Numbered from the stretch's first letter, positions 29,260 through 38,285 are shown. The stretch is 64,000 nucleotides of DNA from Akkermansia muciniphila (GCA_945900455.1 CAMDJH010000002.1:688-64687), one strand, 5' to 3'. The notes: generated from the sequence alone by a model not told the origin. A program made the numbers and translations.

Positions 29260-29967
29260 CTATTTCGTTCCCGCTTTTTCATCGCCGTCGCGGGTTACCT
29301 TCCAACTGGGATCCAGTTCAGCGGTGAAAATCTCGGAAGCCAATTTGGGATTGCGAACGGCATTGCGAAAATCGTTTTTCAACCTCGAACCGTCCGCAAA
29401 TCGCAGTTCCGTGCTCAACAGGGAGTAGTCCGCTTTCGCCAGGCCGATTCCTAGTTCGGGCAGGAATTTCCGGGCCCCCCGGCTTTTGGGCCGAAGTCGG
29501 ATCAACCATCGGACTTCCGATTCCACAATGCCGAGGACTTCAAATCGTCGATAGAACTCGCGTGAATCGCGGGGGAAACCGGCGTCGAAAAGACCCCACG
29601 CGTCTCGCATCGGTCCGGGAGTTCCCTCGGTCAGTCGGTGCTTCTCCGCCCGCCGGAGCCTCGGCACGAGGACGGTCAGTTCCGGGCCCTGACGGAGGGC
29701 CAGAGTTTGCACCGGATTGCCGAGTTCCCAACGAAAGAAGTCGGGATATTGGAACCAAACCTTTCCGTCCGAGGTGAGCGGATGGGTCAGGGCCTTCAGG
29801 TCCCGCGTTTGGGTGAACTCGGCGTGCCAACTCGTGAGGTTGGACTGCGCCCCGAGCCACGCAGCGATCACGGAATTCGTATCCAGTCCCCGCGCCGATC
29901 CGAATCCGCAGTCGAGGATCGTCAAAATTACGAAGAGAGCGACCCGGCCTGGACTGAACCTCGACAC
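29260..29967 (-). CDS. LolA-like outer-membrane lipoprotein carrier family protein
   Basis: F-Q-T ... G-K-V-W-F ... P-x-x-F-R-W-E pattern of the LolA fold. Start taken at the GTG that overlaps the upstream TAG stop at 29967. Confidence 0.65.
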   Translation of the reverse strand: MSRFSPGRVALFVILTILDCGFGSARGLDTNSVIAAWLGAQSNLTSWHAEFTQTRDLKALTHPLTSDGKVWFQYPDFFRWELGNPVQTLALRQGPELTVLVPRLRRAEKHRLTEGTPGPMRDAWGLFDAGFPRDSREFYRRFEVLGIVESEVRWLIRLRPKSRGARKFLPELGIGLAKADYSLLSTELRFADGSRLKNDFRNAVRNPKLASEIFTAELDPSWKVTRDGDEKAGTK

Positions 29968-32900
29968 TACTTCGCCGCCGGTGTCCCGTTTATCCAGACT
30001 GGAACGAAATGAAACCATTGATCCGGATGCTGCCGAAGCAACGGCTCAAAGGCACGCACGATTCGAGCGGTGAATTCCGTCCGGCCGTCGCGACTCCCGA
30101 GTAAAGCCCGGTCGTACATCGCTGCAGGAAGGGCATGGACTTTGTAGGAGCTGCCTTCACGGAGAATGGCCACGGGTACGACCTGACATCCCGTGGCACG
30201 CGCGAGTTCGGCCGCGGCCGGCGAGGCTCTAAGAATCCGGCCAGCGAGTGAGACCTCCACCGCGTGCCGCGGGTCGGGGCGATCCAGCAGCAGCGCCACG
30301 AATCCTCCCGATTGGAGATGCTGAATTACTCCGACAAAAGCAAACGGGTCAGCCCCAACAATCAGCGTGTCGACTCCCGCCCGGGCCCGGGCCGCGGCCC
30401 GCTGCTCGGTAAACCTCGCGCCGCCCGGTTCCGGTGCAGAAAGCACCAATAATCTACGCCCGCTCGCGGCGACAAAGGGAGCGCCAAACTCCCAGTTGCC
30501 AAGATGCAGCGTCACCAGCAGCACTCCCTGGCCGGATTGAACTCCAGCGTGGAAGTGTTCCCAACCCGATCCCGCAGTCACCAGTATGTCCTGCCGGCAG
30601 CCAGCCTCGTACCGCCAAAGATCCACCAATTTGATGCAGAATTGCCTTAGATTTCGACGGGCAGCGCGGCGTGCGGCTCCGGGATCGTCGCCGACCCAGG
30701 GCAGCAAGTTTGCTTCCACGATCCTCAGTCGCTGTGAGGCGAACGTTCCGTATAGCCAACCCGCGCCACACGCAAGGGTCGTCGCGAGGCCCCGCGGCAG
30801 TGTGTGAACCACCCAGAGTCCAAGGTTCCAGAAATAGGATTGGTAGAGCTTGGAAGGCCCTTCAATCTTCGAATCCGGAAAGCACCGGTCCCACCAGCGC
30901 CACCACGACGGTAGGAGCCCCAAGGCCACGACGACGACGCTGGCCGTGCCGGCGGAACATACCGCACCCAGGCTCGCCAATCCGGAGTTACCCGACCACG
31001 CCAACGAGCCGAAACCTACCATGGTGGTCAGGGCGCACAACACGAGCGCCCGCGCTGTGGAACGCCACAAACACCGCCCGTCACCCCCGTGCCGTCGTAA
31101 CGTGAGTTGCACATGGATCGAATAATCAACGCCGCATCCCAGTAGTAGGGGCCAGGCCACGAGGTTTATCAAATTCCACTGCGCCCCGAGCAAGACCATT
31201 CCCACCTGCAGGAGGATCAGTGCCAACCCGAGAGCCGCCGCTCCAAGAATAACTTCACGCCACCGCCCAAAGGCAAAACGAAGGCAACCGAAGCACGCCA
31301 CGATCAAAAAGGTGGTGAGCCCCACAACCCGCCCTCGGCTGTGCTGCAGCAATTCATCGCCCAACAGTGACCAACCGGTCAGTCCCGCACCGCGGGCGTG
31401 CAGTTCAGCGACAAGGTCTCCGGATCGAAAGCGCGAACCTGGCTCAACAAACCCCAACGCCAACCAGTTGGTTCCCGTGCGGGCCGCGAATTGACTCGTC
31501 AACCAACGCACAAATGGGTTGTCGGGCCACACTGGATCCGGGATCCCCTCTGACCCCCATTTCGTCCATGCCCCAAGGATGCCGTCCGTGAGTGCGAGAG
31601 AATTCGACGTGAATCCAGCCGCCACGCCTGCCCTCAGCACTTCATCCCGCCTTCGGCCCAACAATTCAAGCGCACTGCGATTTTGACCCTGGTGCCTCGG
31701 GTTCGGCCATACCCCTCCCGGCAGCCGATACTGTACCAATTCACCCCGCCCCTTTCGCGCCTCGAGCAATGGCCCCAGTTCCAACATCGTTTCCGCCACA
31801 GTCTGCGCATTCGTCCCGTTGATCAGGAGCATCAAGGGTTCGTTGGTGAGACCCAACGCCGGACGCAATGCGTCCATCGCGTTGTAAGCCGGACTGTTCC
31901 GTGGCCGGAGTGGCTCCGACGATGCCGTCAGAACTGGCCAACCTCTCCAGACCAATGTTCCGCACGAAAACACGACGAGAAAAACCGTCGCCGCCAGCAT
32001 CCAACGATCTGCGCCGTCCTCCCGGGAACGGGTGACGCCCCCGCCCGACGTCGGGTCCGCAGCGACCCGCCGCCTCGAATCCCCATCCGCAATAGCCACG
32101 CCCGTGGCTCGAGCTCTCGGAAGGAACACGAAGAGCATGACAATGGCCCCGAGCACGACGCCGATGGCCGTAAGGACCCCCAACTGGGACAGCCCGGGCA
32201 ACCCGGCTCCGGTTAATGTCAAAAACGCCAGTGCGGTTGTCGCAGCCGACCACCCTATCCCAGATCGGAGTTCCCGGCGCAGATCCAGGATTGGCATCGA
32301 GCGATGTTCCAATGATTCCTGGTAGGCCACCAATCCGTAGTCCACGCAAAGCCCGAGGAGAATCGCCGCGAAACCGATGCTGACCACATTGAGTGTGCCA
32401 AGGATAAGCCCACCGATTGCCAGGGTACCTGCCAGAACAAGGAGAAGTGCCGCGGCGAGCCATAGCATCGGTCGCCATGCCCGGTGCGCGAGCCAGAAGA
32501 GACTCGCTATCAAGAGCAGAGTGCTCACCGTGCTGCCTGCAAGATCCCGCTCCATTCCGGACGCGATCTCCGCCAAAAACGCCGGCCCGCCTGTGTAGGC
32601 AACCGTCACAATCTCCGTCCCGCGGGTCCCGTCGGGGACAACCCGACTGACGACGTCCGTCACCTCGCGCCGAATTGCGCCCAACCAGCGCGCCACAGAC
32701 CGGTAGCCGCCGGTGGCCTCGACCGGCATCACACGAATAATTCGGAATCGCTCGTCGTCGGAGGCAAAGAGTCGGTTCGCGTCCCCGGAGAACCCAGCAT
32801 CCCCGCCCAGCGACGGCAAGCGGGTCATTCCAAGCGGGTCATAACTGAAGCGTCCGAGATCCTCGGGCGAAAGCCCGGTGGCCAGTTGCTCACGGGCGAG

Positions 32901-33302
32901 GGCAAATGCCGCCTCCAGATTTCCAGACTGCAATCGGGAACCAAGATCGGCCACCGCACCTGGCGGTTGATTGCGCCAAGCCCAGGCCAGGAATTCCGCC
33001 AGATCCCCCGGGCGCTCGTAGGCGGGCGACTGCCACCATGCCGAACTCACCAGGTTCGATCGCCCGCGCAGCGCCTGAGTAATCTCTCGGGCGAGCGTCG
33101 CCAACCGCTCGGGATCCTCTCCCTGCAAGGTCACCAGGAGTTCTCGAGTACCGCTGAAATATTTCTGTTGCCATTGAAGAGCGGAAACGGACGGCAACTG
33201 CGGCGGGAGTAGCCCAAGAATTTCCGCGTCAAAGCGGAGACGTCCGAGTCCCACAATCGCGACAAATGCGAGAAGCAATCCCCATGCCCAGGCACGTTTC
33301 AT
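29967..33302 (-). CDS. MMPL/RND-type exporter fused to LpxL/HtrB-type lysophospholipid (lipid A) acyltransferase
   Basis: 1111 aa. Two blocks of about 6 TM helices with large loops (MMPL architecture) occupy residues 1 to about 790. The C-terminal 300 aa carry the acyltransferase motif HLGNWE (codon about 933) and the LLDRPD region. Confidence 0.72.
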   Translation of the reverse strand: MKRAWAWGLLLAFVAIVGLGRLRFDAEILGLLPPQLPSVSALQWQQKYFSGTRELLVTLQGEDPERLATLAREITQALRGRSNLVSSAWWQSPAYERPGDLAEFLAWAWRNQPPGAVADLGSRLQSGNLEAAFALAREQLATGLSPEDLGRFSYDPLGMTRLPSLGGDAGFSGDANRLFASDDERFRIIRVMPVEATGGYRSVARWLGAIRREVTDVVSRVVPDGTRGTEIVTVAYTGGPAFLAEIASGMERDLAGSTVSTLLLIASLFWLAHRAWRPMLWLAAALLLVLAGTLAIGGLILGTLNVVSIGFAAILLGLCVDYGLVAYQESLEHRSMPILDLRRELRSGIGWSAATTALAFLTLTGAGLPGLSQLGVLTAIGVVLGAIVMLFVFLPRARATGVAIADGDSRRRVAADPTSGGGVTRSREDGADRWMLAATVFLVVFSCGTLVWRGWPVLTASSEPLRPRNSPAYNAMDALRPALGLTNEPLMLLINGTNAQTVAETMLELGPLLEARKGRGELVQYRLPGGVWPNPRHQGQNRSALELLGRRRDEVLRAGVAAGFTSNSLALTDGILGAWTKWGSEGIPDPVWPDNPFVRWLTSQFAARTGTNWLALGFVEPGSRFRSGDLVAELHARGAGLTGWSLLGDELLQHSRGRVVGLTTFLIVACFGCLRFAFGRWREVILGAAALGLALILLQVGMVLLGAQWNLINLVAWPLLLGCGVDYSIHVQLTLRRHGGDGRCLWRSTARALVLCALTTMVGFGSLAWSGNSGLASLGAVCSAGTASVVVVALGLLPSWWRWWDRCFPDSKIEGPSKLYQSYFWNLGLWVVHTLPRGLATTLACGAGWLYGTFASQRLRIVEANLLPWVGDDPGAARRAARRNLRQFCIKLVDLWRYEAGCRQDILVTAGSGWEHFHAGVQSGQGVLLVTLHLGNWEFGAPFVAASGRRLLVLSAPEPGGARFTEQRAAARARAGVDTLIVGADPFAFVGVIQHLQSGGFVALLLDRPDPRHAVEVSLAGRILRASPAAAELARATGCQVVPVAILREGSSYKVHALPAAMYDRALLGSRDGRTEFTARIVRAFEPLLRQHPDQWFHFVPVWINGTPAAK

Positions 33303-33826
33303 GGGGCCGCGACCTCCAGCGATTCGCCCGTCCGTCTATCGTTGAGATGCCAACGGCCATTCGCGTCAAATACAACTTCCCAACGTGATTTTGCGGATAC
33401 TTTCGGCGGAAGGCCGTCGATCTGAAACCAAAGCACATGTTCCGGTACCGGAAGGCGGCCTGTAAATCCCCTGCCCTTCATCGGCGATGAAATCCGCCAG
33501 AGCGACCCCTCTGTCCGAGCGATCACCAGTGGGAGCGATTGTTTGCTAAATTGCACAAAACGCCGGCCGTCCAGATGGGTGGCGATTAGAAGTTCTCCCA
33601 CAAGCTCGGGCGCAGTACGGGAGGGCCGCCACACCGCAGGCCGCTCCGTCACCTGCCAACCCGGTTGCAGCAGGTCCACGGGTTCGACCAGCGACACGGA
33701 CCGGCAGCCACAGACCCACAGGCACACGATGAACCCGAACACGGCACCCCGCCCCGCCCCACGTCTCGAGTCCCCAACACCCGCGTCCTGGAACTGCGGG
33801 CGCCACGAATGAAGCTCCGTCCTCAC
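33299..33826 (-). CDS. Small putative lipoprotein, in the position equivalent to DUF3261 of aryl-polyene clusters
   Basis: Hydrophobic stretch plus Cys (FGFIVCLWVCGC). GTG start overlaps the upstream TGA (GTGA at 33823-33826) and the stop overlaps the next ATG (ATGA). An alternative GTG start lies at 33742. Confidence 0.42.
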   Translation of the reverse strand: MRTELHSWRPQFQDAGVGDSRRGAGRGAVFGFIVCLWVCGCRSVSLVEPVDLLQPGWQVTERPAVWRPSRTAPELVGELLIATHLDGRRFVQFSKQSLPLVIARTEGSLWRISSPMKGRGFTGRLPVPEHVLWFQIDGLPPKVSAKSRWEVVFDANGRWHLNDRRTGESLEVAAP

Positions 33827-35169
33827 ACGGAATCGACTCGGCGGGGTTCCATCGCTGCCAACGGCCGCACCGTGCCCCCCGTGAACGGGGAAAAATTCAC
33901 CCGTGGCACCAGAGGAAATCGCTGCTGCACTTTCACCAGCAGAAAAAACAGGCGCATCCGCCACTTCATCCGCCATCCGCCTTCCAACTCCCCCGCGAGA
34001 ATGGCATTGATCGCCGCCGACAGCTCCCACTTGTTCCGGGGCTCCAGAAACAGTTCCATGAACGGCGTCGTATAGAAGCCATCGACCATCTCTGAATATA
34101 TGTTCATCGCCGCATTGACCCGTTTCTCATATTTGGCAAACCGGGCAGAACCATCATCGCCCGACTGCAGAGACGCATGGACTGCATTCGCCGCCAGTTT
34201 TCCCGAAAACATTGCCAGATAGACCCCGCTCGAAAAAATCGGGTCGATGAATCCCGCTGCGTCCCCGACCCGCACGAGCCGGGGTCCATAGAAGCTCCGA
34301 TTCCGATACGAAAAATCACTGGTCGCCTGAATCGATTCCGCAGTCGTCACCCGCCTCATTCGATCGATCATCGGAGGACTGTCCTTAACCCATTTCCAGA
34401 AAACTTTCTCGGGCGAGCACTTCTCCAAGGCAAACTCGTCGCGATCCATCACGAGACCGACGCTCACTTTGTTGGAGCTGCCCGCTGTGTCCCCGCCGGC
34501 CCGAGCCAGGGGAATGATCCAAAACCACTTGTTCTCCAATCGGACAATGACGGTGTCCCCGCCGCGTTCGTCGGCATCCAGTTGCACACCTTTGAAGTGG
34601 CCGAATACCGCCAGCTTCTTCAACCGCGGGTTCGGCACCCGAATCCCTTCTTGATTTCCGGTCACATTGCCACGGCCACTGGCATCAATGACAAACGGTG
34701 CCATAAACGTCTGGGAACCCCCGACCCTGTCCGTCCCGCTCACCGTCATCCCCTCCCCGATCCGTTCGTAACGGGTGACTGAAAATTCTTCCCTCACATC
34801 GACGCCACACGATTCAGCGTGTCGCAACAGCAGATCATCGAATCGGGATCTCTCGACCTGAATCGCCTCGTGAAACCGGGTAAATTTGCCCTGCCTAAAA
34901 GCAAATCCAGTCATTTTGGCACCCGTCCCCAGCCAGAATTGCGCTCCGTGTTTGGCTGGGAACCCGGCGGCGTTCAATTTCTCGGCGACACCCAGTTCCT
35001 CAAAAATCTCAGAGCAATACGGCAGCAGAGATTCGCCGATATGAAACCGGGGGAATCGCTCCTTCTCGAGGACCAAAACCCGGCGCCCCCCTCGGGCAAG
35101 GCGAGTCGCCGCGCTGCTTCCTCCCGGGCCACCGCCGATGACAATCGCGTCGTAATTCATATCGGACAC
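33823..35169 (-). CDS. Flavin-dependent halogenase-like FAD monooxygenase
   Basis: GxGxxG (IGGGPGG), Lys in PAKHGAQFWLG, WxWxIP (WFWIIP) and GDAAGFIDPIFSSG. Confidence 0.72.
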   Translation of the reverse strand: MSDMNYDAIVIGGGPGGSSAATRLARGGRRVLVLEKERFPRFHIGESLLPYCSEIFEELGVAEKLNAAGFPAKHGAQFWLGTGAKMTGFAFRQGKFTRFHEAIQVERSRFDDLLLRHAESCGVDVREEFSVTRYERIGEGMTVSGTDRVGGSQTFMAPFVIDASGRGNVTGNQEGIRVPNPRLKKLAVFGHFKGVQLDADERGGDTVIVRLENKWFWIIPLARAGGDTAGSSNKVSVGLVMDRDEFALEKCSPEKVFWKWVKDSPPMIDRMRRVTTAESIQATSDFSYRNRSFYGPRLVRVGDAAGFIDPIFSSGVYLAMFSGKLAANAVHASLQSGDDGSARFAKYEKRVNAAMNIYSEMVDGFYTTPFMELFLEPRNKWELSAAINAILAGELEGGWRMKWRMRLFFLLVKVQQRFPLVPRVNFSPFTGGTVRPLAAMEPRRVDSV

Positions 35170-35250
35170 CGCATTCAGCCACCCAGGACGTGGAGAAACA
35201 AGCTTCCGGACACTGAACCTCCATGAAGGGGGGCATCCTGAAGTTGTTGG

Positions 35251-35388
35251 TAGAGGTTGTCGCGCTGCGACAACCCCGCCCGCGTTCAGCGGGCGGACAG
35301 GGCCGCTGCGCTGGTTCGTGCCGCGCCTGAACGGCGCGGGGACGCCGCAGCGCGGCGTCCGCTACCGTCTCCAACAAGTTCGGAATGC
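35251..35388 (+). repeat. Multi-hairpin GC-rich intergenic repeat, copy 1 (copy 2 at 46628-46762)
   Basis: About 90 percent identical to 46628-46762. Contains four consecutive stem-loops: ttgtcgc/gcgacaa, cgcccgc/gcgggcg, ccgcgcc/ggcgcgg and ggacgcc/ggcgtcc. Confidence 0.75.
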
Positions 35389-35412
35389 GCCCTCCATGAA
35401 GGACGCTCCGGC

Positions 35413-37791
35413 TCATCGCCTCAACGCCGGTGCTTTCCCAGTTCTGAATTCATCCGGCTGCACGCCAATCTGCTCGACGGGAATCCGTTGAAAGCCGATC
35501 CGATCCGCCGCGGATCGGTTGAGCACCCGGAAACCGTTGCTTCCCACTCCATGAACCGCCCCCCTCACCCTGCCGTCCTCCCCCGCTGCAAGGCGGGGGA
35601 GAGGGGGGCTGTAGGCCGGGTGAGAGGGGTGAGCCTTTTCATGGTCCCAATGCCTGTCCGACTCTCGCAGATCGTCCCGCTCAAAAAACCCCGGATCGCC
35701 CTCGTGCCAATTGGCGTGAATTTCAATCCACCCCGGCTCCACCTCTGCGGAGATATCGAGCCATTTCTTCCCGCCGAAGAAAATGTTCCGCGTGATCTTG
35801 CTGCCGCGCGGGATCGGGCCTTCGGTTGGGGTCAGCTCCAGCAACTCGGGATAATGGCGGCTCCACGGAGGCTGCCGGTAGTTCAAGGCCTCCAGTTTCG
35901 TCAGCATGTAGTCGCGGAAAAACGACGGCTCCCAGTTGCGCGACGCCCACGTGAGGCCACGCGCGTCGAGTTGAATGGCCGGCTCGCAATTTACGAAGAC
36001 ATTGTTCGCAACGACGTTGTCGCGCCCGCCACCGAGTTTCACCCCGAACGTGTTCTCAAAATAATTGCCATACACCAAGGTGCCAGCCCGGAAATCATCC
36101 AGATAAACTGCCCGAGCCGGGGCCTTGAGCTGGATGCCAAGAATGTCGTGAAAATAATTGAATCGAATAAGGTGACCCCGTGCCGTCATGTCGTAGCCCG
36201 CGTAGAGCGCCCCCACGTCGTCCGTCTCTTGGGCGACGTGATGGACGTCGTTGAACTCGATCACGTGGTCGTTGCCGCCGAGAAGAATTGCCGTGTGCGG
36301 CGCGGTATGGATGTCGCAATGCGCAACCCGGTGGCCGATTCCAGCCAGATCGACCGCGGGGCGATACGTGCGGTTAATTCGACTGAAGTCCGTGATGACG
36401 CAGTTGTCGACGGAATGCCCGCCCGGGGTGAGTGAAGCCAGATCGCCGCCGCGCAACACGATGCCGCCATCCCCCAGGTGATAAAGATCACAACTCCGGA
36501 TGGCGTGATCATGGCCGCCGTCGATGACAACCCCCTTGCCTCCCAGATTTCCGATCCGACATCCTTCGATCCGCACACCGCGGCCCCCGCTAATCTCTAT
36601 CGCGTTGCTCCGACCGTGCTCGAAGGTAATCCCCTGAAACGTGATGTGCGAGGCCTCACGCAGCGTGATCAGGGGTGCTTCGAGCATGGAAACAAACGCG
36701 CGAGGGTCCTCGTGCGACGAGAGTGCGAACGGAGTCGCTGGCTCGGCAGCGCTCGATCGATGGGATCTGTTGTCTGCCGGTTCCCGTCCCAACTCCGAAC
36801 CCGTCCCTGACGTCCTCGCGAACAGCGCAGCCGCATCGTTCGGCGGCCAGAAGTAGAGCACGCCCGACTTGCGATCCAGATACCACTCTCCCGCCTCGTC
36901 GAGCTCTTCGAGGATATTCAACGCGTAGAAACGCCGCCCCACCGATGAATGCTCCCGATTGATCCGTTTGCCGGTTGTAATATCCGGCGGTTTGAGGCGC
37001 ACGAGATCGGGCTGCGCCGTGATGAGGATCGCCTGCTCGGCGTCAATGGATTTAACCTTCGCATAGCGATCCCACCATTCGTGCAACCAGTAGCCGTGGA
37101 GCCAAACATCCTCGCTTTGCGCCCAACGACTGGGACGTCCACCCGTGTAGATGAACCGGTCGCCGCTGCCTTCCTCCGGCACCCACCCGACCCGATACCA
37201 ACCCTGGTTCGGTGAACTCGGGTTTGGCCACCGCGCGATCTGCATCGGCTGACCGTTGAAGAACAGCTCCAGCAGCGCACCGCTCCGCTCGAATAACTGG
37301 CCGAAATTCGTGATCCCCTGCGCATGCAGATCCGATTGCACTATATGCGGCCGAACGGCGTCGTTGAGACGGTTCATCGCCCCCGGGTCTTGGATGGGTT
37401 TCCATCCAGCGATGGGAATCCCACCCGTGAAGCGAACGCGTTCGTTCCGGTAGGCACGGTAAACGATCGGCGCCGCCCGAGATCCACCGTCCTCCGCTGT
37501 GAACTCGACGGTCTTTGTGAGTGGATAATCGCCACCGCGAAAGCAAACCGCGAATTTCAATTCCCCCGACCTCGGGACGGATTTGAGTTCACGGATCGCA
37601 TCGCGCGCCCGTTCGATCGATTTAAACGGCCCGTTGACTCCCCGGCTCTGGCGGGTCGCGTGCATCCCTCCCCATGTGTCGTTGCCGAGAGGTGAGACGT
37701 AAAAGGTAGCCCCGGGGGTTGCGGCGCAACCGATCGTCGAGAACCCAACAAGGCATGCGATCCAACTCAGCGAAAAAAGCCTTCGATGCAT
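35413..37791 (-). CDS. Right-handed parallel beta-helix repeat protein, secreted
   Basis: Signal peptide and FYVSPLGNDTWGG start typical of pectate-lyase-fold proteins. Repeated G-x-x-[IV]-x-N / H-D-N-x-[IV] coils. Confidence 0.68.
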   Translation of the reverse strand: MHRRLFSLSWIACLVGFSTIGCAATPGATFYVSPLGNDTWGGMHATRQSRGVNGPFKSIERARDAIRELKSVPRSGELKFAVCFRGGDYPLTKTVEFTAEDGGSRAAPIVYRAYRNERVRFTGGIPIAGWKPIQDPGAMNRLNDAVRPHIVQSDLHAQGITNFGQLFERSGALLELFFNGQPMQIARWPNPSSPNQGWYRVGWVPEEGSGDRFIYTGGRPSRWAQSEDVWLHGYWLHEWWDRYAKVKSIDAEQAILITAQPDLVRLKPPDITTGKRINREHSSVGRRFYALNILEELDEAGEWYLDRKSGVLYFWPPNDAAALFARTSGTGSELGREPADNRSHRSSAAEPATPFALSSHEDPRAFVSMLEAPLITLREASHITFQGITFEHGRSNAIEISGGRGVRIEGCRIGNLGGKGVVIDGGHDHAIRSCDLYHLGDGGIVLRGGDLASLTPGGHSVDNCVITDFSRINRTYRPAVDLAGIGHRVAHCDIHTAPHTAILLGGNDHVIEFNDVHHVAQETDDVGALYAGYDMTARGHLIRFNYFHDILGIQLKAPARAVYLDDFRAGTLVYGNYFENTFGVKLGGGRDNVVANNVFVNCEPAIQLDARGLTWASRNWEPSFFRDYMLTKLEALNYRQPPWSRHYPELLELTPTEGPIPRGSKITRNIFFGGKKWLDISAEVEPGWIEIHANWHEGDPGFFERDDLRESDRHWDHEKAHPSHPAYSPPLPRLAAGEDGRVRGAVHGVGSNGFRVLNRSAADRIGFQRIPVEQIGVQPDEFRTGKAPALRR

Positions 37792-37808
37792 ACTTTAGAT
37801 TGGCGCGA

Positions 37809-38285
37809 TCACCATCGGTGCCGGTAGTGCGGCCCATAATAATACGGAGGCGGCCCATAGTAATAGGGGTACGGGGTGCCGTAGATCGGCGGTCCGTAGG
37901 GTGGGCTGACCGGAGCCGGACGGTTCATGTCGAAGGAGATCTGTTTCGGGATCTGGTCTTCCGGGCCGAATCCGCGACCCGTACCAAAAAAACGAACCTG
38001 CTCGAACTGGTTGGCGGCGATAGGGACGGCTTTGATCACGTACCAGGGGGCACCGAAGTCATGAAACGTGCCGTCCGGATCGCCAAAGATTTTCAAGCGC
38101 ACCGGCGTGTTGCCCAGATCCGCGCCATTGGCCTGAATGCGCGCGCCCGGTGGCGACGCGTCAATCAGAACCTCGTATGCCATTGTGCCGTGAGCTCCGC
38201 GCTCGGCACCCGGAGGAATGGTCTCACAACCGGTTAACCCAATCACAGCGGCTAGAATCGGCAGGTAAAGAAATGCGCACTTCAT
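37809..38285 (-). CDS. PEGA-domain lipoprotein with Tyr/Pro/Gly-rich C-terminal tail
   Basis: Lipobox LTGC. PEGA motif SPPGARIQANGADLGNTP. The tail is PPYGPPIYGTPYPYYYGPPPYYYGPHYRHRW. Confidence 0.68.
   Translation of the reverse strand: MKCAFLYLPILAAVIGLTGCETIPPGAERGAHGTMAYEVLIDASPPGARIQANGADLGNTPVRLKIFGDPDGTFHDFGAPWYVIKAVPIAANQFEQVRFFGTGRGFGPEDQIPKQISFDMNRPAPVSPPYGPPIYGTPYPYYYGPPPYYYGPHYRHRW

Noticed and set aside
33827-34030. The upstream 68 codons of the lipoprotein ORF, which overlap the halogenase-like gene.
   Set aside because: The overlap with a well-supported gene is implausibly long. A GTG start coupled to the upstream TGA (GTGA) gives a sensible signal-peptide-bearing product.
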